Positions 17,301-23,796 of a stretch of DNA of 64,000 nt are shown in pieces. Under the pieces are notes generated by a model that worked only from the letters and a program-made list of their open reading frames with translations, did not search any database and had not been told where the DNA came from. This DNA is from a virus. The stretch covers positions 1-64,000 of the IMG/VR virus record IMGVR_UViG_3300027769_000918; one strand, 5' to 3'. Made by a program: the position numbers and the translations under genes. The first letter of the stretch is position 1; each line of letters opens with the position of its first letter.

Positions 17301-17582
17301 CAACAAGATTATGTGATTGTATGCCTGAATGGACTTATCTGTTTTAGATGATTTATCAAATCTATCTGTAGGTGAGATATAGGCTTCTACTCCTAAAATT
17401 GGCCGAATACCTTCTTGCTTGCAAGCAATTTGCATTTCTCTATGAGATGAAAGTGTCCCATGGTCTGTAATTGCAATTGCTGTCTGCCCTGCCGCTTTAG
17501 CAGCCTGCACAAGCTCTAATGGTGAATTTAGCCCATCCATTAATGAGTAATATGAGTGAACGTGTAAATGTGTAAAACTCAT
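14313..17582 (-). CDS. dnaE: DNA polymerase III alpha subunit
   Basis: PHP domain HLHVHSYYSLMDG, TDHG; GRGSAAGS; PDIDTDF; HAAGVV; YSFNRSHA. No intein. Start re-called at 17582. Confidence 0.97.
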   Translation of the reverse strand: MSFTHLHVHSYYSLMDGLNSPLELVQAAKAAGQTAIAITDHGTLSSHREMQIACKQEGIRPILGVEAYISPTDRFDKSSKTDKSIQAYNHIILLAKNKKGLENINILQEIAWNEGFYHKPRIDREVLNEYSEGIIVLSGCLNGLISKSIEKGEFSEAKIVLKDFKKTFGEDFYVEVQSHNPEEINSKLLELADELKIKAVATGDAHFAKEEDRVLEEAMLILSTSPKMDKDADFEMSRQIKDVNERLNYLYPDRRISFQDYNLFIQSRSEIEADFNKAGINRTDIYENTMEIAGKIGEYDFNSGLDLLPVPKTDADDKLAQMASEGLKRLGLAESQVYVDRLEEELSVIKDKSFASYFLVVADMINWAKENDIKVGPGRGSAAGSLVCYALGITDVDPIKYDLLFFRFINPERNDFPDIDTDFEDRRRKEVKDYLKKKFKHVASISTYTYFKDKGVIRDAARVFMVPLSDVNRAMKSIDTFEDFIESPNTKEFRTKYPEVVWLADRLRGRIRSVGVHAAGVVVAKDDIRKYAPVESRADASDLVSGRIPVVAYDMDTVADIGLIKLDALGLKTLSVISDTLSSIKKRSGKDINLSELPLDDANVYKILSEGYTKGVFQAEATPYTNLLIKMGVDKFEDLAASNALVRPGAMNTVGASYIKRKHGDEAVQFIHPIMKPFTENTYGVIIYQEQVMQACVHLGGMTWSEADKVRKIIGKKKDAKEFDQFKDRFIDGASKHISKKQAETLWHTFEAHAGYSFNRSHAVAYSMLSYYTAWLKTYYPLEFMFSILKNENDKDARTEYLIEAKRLKLSIKLPHINESDVFFSLKGDSIRFGLGEVKFISDSIANKIIDQRPFNSYSEFIEKASKKGSGINSRAISALNAIGGAAFEDNPRNGNEKDNYYEYLGIPTFNLEGIPPRIKSQARPIEEFEDLGSFVMFGMVKSIKRGNGWARIELVDETGSIGLFHTEQTQIETGQMYFILVGDNRIARYVKVSDIDPSGSNSFVDYLYKKGYDLDEDEYVVVDFTPYVTKAGKTMSHIILSNSEKELTRVIAFPTMYKMSLAKMREGMKCKVVLSTLDDGTLMVKEIK

Positions 17583-17791
17583 TAGTATCCGCCTAAACAT
17601 TCGTTTCTAGTGTGATAAAGTCTAATCTTAGTCATTGTTTTCTTGTTTGGTGCTGTTAATAATTCATTACAAGCTGCACAGTTCATATCCCATTCACCAG
17701 AGAAAAAATCATAGCGGTATCCGCTTTTTTGTTTACTATATTTTTCAATTCTAAATGCAGTAAACGGGTCTGGTATCTCGTATGAAATCAT
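17582..17791 (-). CDS. Small zinc-finger-like protein
   Basis: CAAC...HTRNEC; ATG at 17791 lies 7 nt after TAGAAT (leaderless). Confidence 0.65.
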   Translation of the reverse strand: MISYEIPDPFTAFRIEKYSKQKSGYRYDFFSGEWDMNCAACNELLTAPNKKTMTKIRLYHTRNECLGGY

Positions 17792-17816
17792 ATTATGTAT
17801 TCTACTAAATAAGGCA

Positions 17817-17838
17817 GGGCCAGTCAATAGACTGGCCC
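17817..17838 (-). terminator. Probable intrinsic terminator
   Basis: GGGCCAGTC-N4-GACTGGCCC perfect stem just after the stop at 17853. Confidence 0.65.
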
Positions 17839-17852
17839 CACTCATATTTATA

Positions 17853-18518
17853 TTACCAGTCTACGCTACTTGAAGATGAAGACTCTTCATTGTTGCCTTC
17901 TCCAGAGAAGAATGACTCTTGCTCTGTATATGGAAGGTCACGGACTGCTGTTTCCTCAAGCTTATAAAGCTCAAGCGATGTACCATCAAAAGGAGTTTCA
18001 TCCTTTGCTAGTGGGATAATTGTGTAACTAGTATCTGTTTTTGTACCTGTACGCTTGATTCGCCACATGAGATTTGTAATGCTTCCCATTTCACCAGCGT
18101 ATTCAATTAGTGTTGGTGTGATTGTTTTTCCACTTGAACCTTGTGACAAAATTCCGACATACGGATCTTCTTTGCCGTCATCAATAAGAACATTAATGTA
18201 AAGTCGTGAACGACCCTTCCATCCAGCCTTGTAGTCCTTGCGGTGTTGCTCACAGCCGTAGCACTTTCCTTGATCATCCATTGTGCATAAAGCCTTACGG
18301 CGATAGTCTTTTGGGTTTGTGTGTTCTACTGCAATAAATCCAAGACCTAGCTTTTCATTATAAGTAGGTGAGTCTGGATCAAGTTCTTGTAAGAAACGAA
18401 CCTTTACGCTTTCCGCATCTTCCAGCTTAACCCAACGAGCCTTTGTTCCGTCTCCACCAGAAGACTGTGGCTTGTCCATTACTTTATTAAGGTCTTTCAA
18501 CCCTTTTACTATGCCCAT
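17853..18518 (-). CDS. Phage ssDNA-binding protein (gp32-like, Zn site, acidic tail)
   Basis: WVKL....SVKVRFL, H...C...CYGC, IKRTGTKTDTSY, acidic/Ser tail ending DW; next to primase. Confidence 0.65.
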   Translation of the reverse strand: MGIVKGLKDLNKVMDKPQSSGGDGTKARWVKLEDAESVKVRFLQELDPDSPTYNEKLGLGFIAVEHTNPKDYRRKALCTMDDQGKCYGCEQHRKDYKAGWKGRSRLYINVLIDDGKEDPYVGILSQGSSGKTITPTLIEYAGEMGSITNLMWRIKRTGTKTDTSYTIIPLAKDETPFDGTSLELYKLEETAVRDLPYTEQESFFSGEGNNEESSSSSSVDW

Positions 18519-18570
18519 CTTTCCTCATTTCATATATTGGATGGTGTATATCCATCTTTAGTTTATTTTA

Positions 18571-19569
18571 TTATGGGTTCCAAGATCTGTACTCTATGTC
18601 AGAAACTGCATTTTTAATACAAGTTTTAATTTCATCATCTGTCATATCGCCAGCATCTTTTGCATCATGTGGATATATCTTACCATATTCGTGGGAAGAC
18701 CACAAGACATCCTTATTCTTTAATCTATTGGCTATGCTCAAGCCCAGCTCTCTGCCTGCCAAATCTGCGTCTGTCATTATAGTTATTTTATTAAAATACC
18801 TATTTAATAATTTATGCTGCTCTGTAGACAGTATTCCGCCTAGTGTTGCAACAACATTTGGAAACCCTGCCTGATGTATTCTAATTGCATCAAAGTTTGA
18901 TTCAACAACAATAACATTTTCTCCAATTTTTTTAGCACGATGTATGTTAAACAAAGTTTTGCTCTTTGGTAAATTGGTGCTATTCTTAAAAGACTTGCCT
19001 TCGATTGATCGTCCTACTAATCCGATTGGGGTTCCGTCTGGGCTATGAACTGGAGTAATTACCATATTCATATTAGAAGAATAACCCAATCTAAAGTGAT
19101 CAATAGAAGACTTATTTATGCCACGAGACAACAAGTAGTCCTGTGCATTTTTATTTTTTAGAATTTCTCCGTAAAGCTTATCTAGGGTTTCTTGCGAAAA
19201 CTCTTCAAAATCTGGTTTATCTTCAAACATACTTGCCATGACTTCATCAAAATTATTTAAAGCCTCTTGTTCTTGTGCGGCAATAAATCTAATAGCCTCA
19301 AAATCATTTTTGTGCAAAACTCTTCTAACTAATTCAGTTAATGTTCCAGATTCTCCACAAGATGGGTTAAAGCATAGCCAAGCACCAGACGATTTATTTA
19401 TGCAGCAACTTGCTGTGTGCCTATTAGAATGAAATGGGCAGTAAAACATAACCTCATTGCCTGGTTCCGCAACAACATCTAGCCCTAAAGCTTTTACTAT
19501 TGACTTGATATGGTTGGGCGCATATTGCGTGGAATCAATTTTCCTTGCGTTATACCCTCTGATAGCCAT
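18571..19569 (-). CDS. dnaG: DNA primase (CHC2 zinc finger + TOPRIM)
   Basis: CPFH...CFNPSC, VVESNFDA, MTDADLAG, KDAGD; start re-called at 19569. Confidence 0.92.
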   Translation of the reverse strand: MAIRGYNARKIDSTQYAPNHIKSIVKALGLDVVAEPGNEVMFYCPFHSNRHTASCCINKSSGAWLCFNPSCGESGTLTELVRRVLHKNDFEAIRFIAAQEQEALNNFDEVMASMFEDKPDFEEFSQETLDKLYGEILKNKNAQDYLLSRGINKSSIDHFRLGYSSNMNMVITPVHSPDGTPIGLVGRSIEGKSFKNSTNLPKSKTLFNIHRAKKIGENVIVVESNFDAIRIHQAGFPNVVATLGGILSTEQHKLLNRYFNKITIMTDADLAGRELGLSIANRLKNKDVLWSSHEYGKIYPHDAKDAGDMTDDEIKTCIKNAVSDIEYRSWNP

Positions 19570-19796
19570 GCCTGCTTCTTTCCTACGTATACACCATGGA
19601 GCGTCATTAAGAACTTCCATGTTTCGCCTGTAAATTGTACCGAAAATGCTGTGTCTATGTCAAGGACTCTAGCATATCCTTTTGACCTCATATCATGAGT
19701 AAGTAGATTTTCGTATTGCGGCTTAAGACTTATAAGCTGAATGTTATCATGAAACTCTACATCAATTTGAAATCTTTTAATTCTTTTGTGCGTCAT
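19497..19796 (-). CDS. Hypothetical protein
   Basis: MTHKRIKRFQ... fills the gap between helicase and primase; start re-called at 19796. Confidence 0.65.
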   Translation of the reverse strand: MTHKRIKRFQIDVEFHDNIQLISLKPQYENLLTHDMRSKGYARVLDIDTAFSVQFTGETWKFLMTLHGVYVGKKQAWLSEGITQGKLIPRNMRPTISSQ

Positions 19797-21021
19797 TCTG
19801 GAATGGGTTTTCGTAAATCTCTTTGACGATACCACGATTGATATCCCAGTCCAGGTAGAAGTTAAAGTCATGACCGTGTCTATTTTTTCTAGACACAATC
19901 TCAATCATATTAGTTTGAGGGTATCTATGAACAGCCATTGCCATATCTGCATCGTACTCAATTGCTTTGGACCAAGCAACTTGGCTCATCATAGGTGGAT
20001 TGTCTTGATCTGAAACATCATCAGCTGTTGCTGCAGTAATATCAATAATTGGGATATTGTTTGATACTGCAAGCATTTTAAATTCACGAGAAACATTTCT
20101 ATTTCTTTCTACTTCAGAATTTGAACGCTTGTTGTCATTAAAAAGCTGGTGGTAGTCTAAGATAACTAGATCTGGTTTATGCTGATCAATCTTGCCTTGG
20201 ATAGTTGCAGGAGTAACTTCTGACGCACCCTCATTGGAAATCAATACAAAACTATTCTTGCCCTCAAACTTCTTATTTCCCCAGTTACGAAAATCATCAA
20301 TATTAATATCACCCTTTGATAAATCGCTTGCCTTAAATATTCCAGATCCCAGCATTGTAAATATACGGTCACGCATATTCTCTGGAGACATTTCAAGCGA
20401 AACAATCATAGGCTTAAAGCCTTGTTCCCAAGCCTTACAAGCAAGGTACGAGGTAAACCAGGTCTTACCACGTCCTGGCCAACCAATAGCCACAATGAGG
20501 TGGCCTGGAGCCATTCCAGTTGGATATGCTTTATCAATAGCACTAAATCCAGTTAGGATTCCTGGGGCTCCACCCATTACAGATGAACGCTCTTTAACCG
20601 CTTCGTAATGTCGTGCTGCATTTTCAACATCAATAATATCTAAGTCTCTAACATTATTTGTAAAACGACTTAAGCTTGCCAAATCACTTTGCATTTGTGC
20701 AAGTACTCTAGATGCCGCATCTTCTTTTAGTGCTGACCCTCCACGAATAATAATGCTCTTTAACTTATTAGATATAAATTCATTTTTAAGTTGATCTAAG
20801 TAGTACCCAGTTTCAGCCTTGGCGTCTACTGGTTCAAAGTCTTTAAACTTTTCTTGTAAAATTCCAGCTTCTGGCACAGCTTTAAATTTATAATAGTATG
20901 ACTTTAAACCTTCCCAAATATCTTTGTGAGAAGTAAATAGCTCATCAACATTATCTGCAAGCAGTGTGCTGATATCTTTGTTCTTACATACGGCAGAAAT
21001 TAACGTTGCTTCTGTATTCAT
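19777..21021 (-). CDS. dnaB: DnaB-like replicative helicase
   Basis: GWPGRGKT, SLEM, ILDYHQL, IEYDAD, KNRHG. Confidence 0.95.
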   Translation of the reverse strand: MNTEATLISAVCKNKDISTLLADNVDELFTSHKDIWEGLKSYYYKFKAVPEAGILQEKFKDFEPVDAKAETGYYLDQLKNEFISNKLKSIIIRGGSALKEDAASRVLAQMQSDLASLSRFTNNVRDLDIIDVENAARHYEAVKERSSVMGGAPGILTGFSAIDKAYPTGMAPGHLIVAIGWPGRGKTWFTSYLACKAWEQGFKPMIVSLEMSPENMRDRIFTMLGSGIFKASDLSKGDINIDDFRNWGNKKFEGKNSFVLISNEGASEVTPATIQGKIDQHKPDLVILDYHQLFNDNKRSNSEVERNRNVSREFKMLAVSNNIPIIDITAATADDVSDQDNPPMMSQVAWSKAIEYDADMAMAVHRYPQTNMIEIVSRKNRHGHDFNFYLDWDINRGIVKEIYENPFQNDAQKN

Positions 21022-21335
21022 TCTTCGCCTTCCACCATCTTCTTAGTCTCTTCTAAAAGAATACTGCGGACTGCCTTATCCTTTTTAATTTCTTTTTCTA
21101 GCTGGTCAATTCTATCAAAGTTATTGTAAAAAAAGTTTAGTGGGTGACCCGACTTAGCTGTCTTAAAGTAATACTTTAATAACTCGATTGCACGGTCATA
21201 TCCTACACTATCAATAACGTCTTGCATAGCCCACTTTTCTCTAAACTTATTTACAGTTAAAGACTTATTGTATTTTTCTTTATACAAAGAAAGATATAGG
21301 CTTATAAGAATATAAGGCTGTTTTTCATTTGCCAC
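21018..21335 (-). CDS. Hypothetical protein (possible helicase loader)
   Basis: 105-aa ORF coupled to dnaB; function inferred from position only. Confidence 0.65.
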   Translation of the reverse strand: MANEKQPYILISLYLSLYKEKYNKSLTVNKFREKWAMQDVIDSVGYDRAIELLKYYFKTAKSGHPLNFFYNNFDRIDQLEKEIKKDKAVRSILLEETKKMVEGEE

Positions 21336-21528
21336 GCTTTAACTCTTCTTCTACCTCACGAGTCTTTTCAATAAGCTTATCTTCAACAAACTTATATACT
21401 CTTTCTGTAGCAGTATCTACATTTTCTCCGTCACGAAGATCATCTTCAACCCCTACGCCAATTTTAATGCTTTCATAGTTTCCAAGGTTCCTTGTAAAAG
21501 AAAGGTCTACCTTAACTCTCGTTGTCAT
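21325..21528 (-). CDS. Small phage protein
   Basis: FTRNLGNYESIKI motif; AAGGAG RBS. Confidence 0.75.
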   Translation of the reverse strand: MTTRVKVDLSFTRNLGNYESIKIGVGVEDDLRDGENVDTATERVYKFVEDKLIEKTREVEEELKRGK

Positions 21529-21635
21529 CTGTGCTCCTTCTTAATATGGTTAGATAATGTTAGGTGTGCAAAGTCAGATCGAACTTCAAGCTCTTTATTA
21601 CAATCTGGACAAATTACAATTCTGCTACTTGCCAT
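21525..21635 (-). CDS. Minimal C2H2-type zinc-finger peptide (36 aa, not in the ORF track)
   Basis: MASSRIVICPDCNKELEVRSDFAHLTLSNHIKKEHR; TAATG and ATGA overlaps. Confidence 0.65.
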   Translation of the reverse strand: MASSRIVICPDCNKELEVRSDFAHLTLSNHIKKEHR

Positions 21636-22120
21636 TACTCCGCCTTCCATACTGGGATAAACTTACCCTCTGAGCTCTTAGTATACAATATAATGTTGTG
21701 TTTGAGAAGCCCTAATAATTCAGCACGAGACGGCATGTTGTTTGAATGACCCACATCTAATATAAATTGATGAGTGTCCAAAATGTCCGTTTCGCTAAAT
21801 AAATATTTAGACCAGTTTTCATTTGTTGGATCACTAATTGGATATATCTTTGCAGGAGTTTTAATCTTACCTTCAAGTATATAGTCATGAATAGTTACAC
21901 TATGTTTATTTAAAAGTAATCCTACTTGTTTTACCGTATAGGCTTTATTTAAATGTTTATATACTTGAGAATAAGAATATAATACTCTTTTATGATCTGG
22001 ATAGCACCAAGCAACAAGTTCATCCTTTGATCTGGATGCCCTTAAAACTTTATGTACCTTATCGTTTAAGAAGAAATACCGTAGTTCTTTAAGGTTGCCG
22101 TTTCTTTTGCGTCTAGCCAT
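21635..22120 (-). CDS. HTH DNA-binding protein (MerR/excisionase-like)
   Basis: YTVKQVGLLLNKHSVTIHDYILEGKI. Confidence 0.7.
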   Translation of the reverse strand: MARRKRNGNLKELRYFFLNDKVHKVLRASRSKDELVAWCYPDHKRVLYSYSQVYKHLNKAYTVKQVGLLLNKHSVTIHDYILEGKIKTPAKIYPISDPTNENWSKYLFSETDILDTHQFILDVGHSNNMPSRAELLGLLKHNIILYTKSSEGKFIPVWKAE

Positions 22121-22251
22121 TTTCCAAAAGCACTCATTTCTTTGTTAACCATATTTCTTTTACCACACATAATACAAAATAATTCTATATGTAGCTTTTG
22201 AGAAAAAACTCTATCTACAAAAACTCTGCCTCCGCATTTGCTGCACCACAT
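22066..22251 (-). CDS. Zinc-ribbon protein
   Basis: MWCSKCGG...CIMCG; start re-called at 22251. Confidence 0.7.
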   Translation of the reverse strand: MWCSKCGGRVFVDRVFSQKLHIELFCIMCGKRNMVNKEMSAFGKWLDAKETATLKNYGISS

Positions 22252-23051
22252 TATAAAGTAAATACCTTTCCGTCCACTACGCAAGAGTAGTCTGGGGACA
22301 CATGAATCATTTGAATATGAGGATAATCATTTACAATGTGTGCAATAGCAAAACCTTTTTGCCAGTCGTGATGCTGTGTATACTTCATGCCTGGCCCCTT
22401 TTCATCGCACATGTGACCAATCTCATATCCACGAAGGGTCTCTCCTTCGCCATTATTTCTTAATTCATATGTTACCATATGTGAAGCAATTCTGTGTGAG
22501 TGTCCTCTAATTAAAGATACTTGTAGGTCCTCCATGTCTTTTCTGACTGATCCCGTTGCTGATATAGAAATTCCGTGATGTACGTGCACATCGCCAAATC
22601 GACGTTTAGGTAAAGAGTCATAGTAGATATATTCATAACCCAAAGAGTCTAGATTCCAAAGAGTTTCTGGTGTTACTTCTTTTAAATAATCTGGAAGCTT
22701 AGCATCCATGTAGTTAAAAATTCTAATGTCGTGGTTTCCTAAAGCAGAAAAAAGCTGAGCGTCAGGTAACATATCTCTAGTCTTTGCATAAAAATCTCTT
22801 GCCCCTTTTGCTTCATGACGCATCATTGGAACAATAAGATCTTTGCTATCTGTCTTATGCAAGGCAAGAAATTCTGAAGACAGTCCTTCATTGTATTTGC
22901 TATAACATGCTTGGTCATCAGTATCTCCCAAGTAATCAACTACATCTGGCTTAAACCATTTCATGACCTTAAACCATAAGGCAATCATCTTATCATCTTG
23001 ATACGGGAATTGCTGATCGGATGATAGCATCCACTTTAAATCGTTGCTCAT
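22251..23051 (-). CDS. Calcineurin-like metallophosphoesterase
   Basis: SDQQ, GDTDD, GNHD, HHG, GHSHR. Confidence 0.88.
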   Translation of the reverse strand: MSNDLKWMLSSDQQFPYQDDKMIALWFKVMKWFKPDVVDYLGDTDDQACYSKYNEGLSSEFLALHKTDSKDLIVPMMRHEAKGARDFYAKTRDMLPDAQLFSALGNHDIRIFNYMDAKLPDYLKEVTPETLWNLDSLGYEYIYYDSLPKRRFGDVHVHHGISISATGSVRKDMEDLQVSLIRGHSHRIASHMVTYELRNNGEGETLRGYEIGHMCDEKGPGMKYTQHHDWQKGFAIAHIVNDYPHIQMIHVSPDYSCVVDGKVFTL

Positions 23052-23068
23052 TTTCTACCTTAATATGT

Positions 23069-23133
23069 AAAAAAGTCACGGGTACGTGACTTTGATGTTA
23101 CAGTAATTGTAACATATAGGTTTAGATTGTCAA
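23069..23133 (-). promoter_or_regulatory. Promoter of the replication operon, followed by a terminator-like hairpin
   Basis: TTGACA(23133-23128)-N16-TACAAT with TG extension; AAAGTCACG-N4-CGTGACTTT plus U-tract at 23093-23069. Confidence 0.6.
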
Positions 23134-23137
23134 TAGG

Positions 23138-23590
23138 TTAAGCTTTTGGATCTAGTGTCCCAGAAGCTGTCCAGTGTATCTTGGCATTATTAATTGTCTT
23201 AGTTCCACTTGGAGCCTTGCAAAGTATTTTAAATCCTTTATTAGTTGCAGTAATAATCATTGGGGTGTACAAAGCTGAATCTGCTGCTGAAGCATACTCA
23301 ATTGTGACATTAATCATTGGAGTTTCCGTAAATGTTAAATCTCCAAATGATACAGAAAAAGACTTCATTGTTGTACTAAGAGTCTTACCAGTTATAATTG
23401 AGCCAACGGTTGTGTCCAAACCTTTAGCTGTAATAGATCCGCCATTAATTGTTGTGCTTTCAATTTTTACAGGAGTTACAGTTTCACCTTTAGCAATAAT
23501 ATTAATATTTTCAACAATCTTTCTAAGGACATCAGCTGTTACTGGATCCCCGTCTCCGATTGATATTGGTGTTAGATTGTTGAATGCCAT
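23138..23590 (-). CDS. Minor tail/fibre-associated protein
   Basis: Beta-rich, H-lectin-like C-terminus (FTETPMINVT...ITATNKGF...IHWTASG); last gene of the tail operon. Confidence 0.6.
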   Translation of the reverse strand: MAFNNLTPISIGDGDPVTADVLRKIVENINIIAKGETVTPVKIESTTINGGSITAKGLDTTVGSIITGKTLSTTMKSFSVSFGDLTFTETPMINVTIEYASAADSALYTPMIITATNKGFKILCKAPSGTKTINNAKIHWTASGTLDPKA

Positions 23591-23592
23591 TG

Positions 23593-23763
23593 CTACTCCT
23601 TAGTTTCCTTTTCAGGTTCTTTCTTTGATTTTAAAACTTCAATCTCTTCAGCAAGCTGTGTTATTTCTGCACGAAGAACGGCTATATTAGTCTCATAGTT
23701 TGAGACAAGTTCGCCAATTCTTTGCTGTAGTGCTCCTACTACTAGCTCTATTTTATTTGACAT
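23593..23763 (-). CDS. Small coiled-coil protein (56 aa, not in the ORF track)
   Basis: MSNKIELVVGALQQRIGELVSNYETNIAVLRAEITQLAEEIEVLKSKKEPEKETKE; AAGGA RBS. Confidence 0.75.
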   Translation of the reverse strand: MSNKIELVVGALQQRIGELVSNYETNIAVLRAEITQLAEEIEVLKSKKEPEKETKE

Positions 23764-23796
23764 AAAATTCCTTTTCTTTAGAGATTAAATATACCA

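Noticed and set aside
5295-21021. Inteins or introns in terL, recA, dnaE, dnaB
   Set aside because: Lengths are ordinary, with no splice-junction motifs or LAGLIDADG inserts visible.
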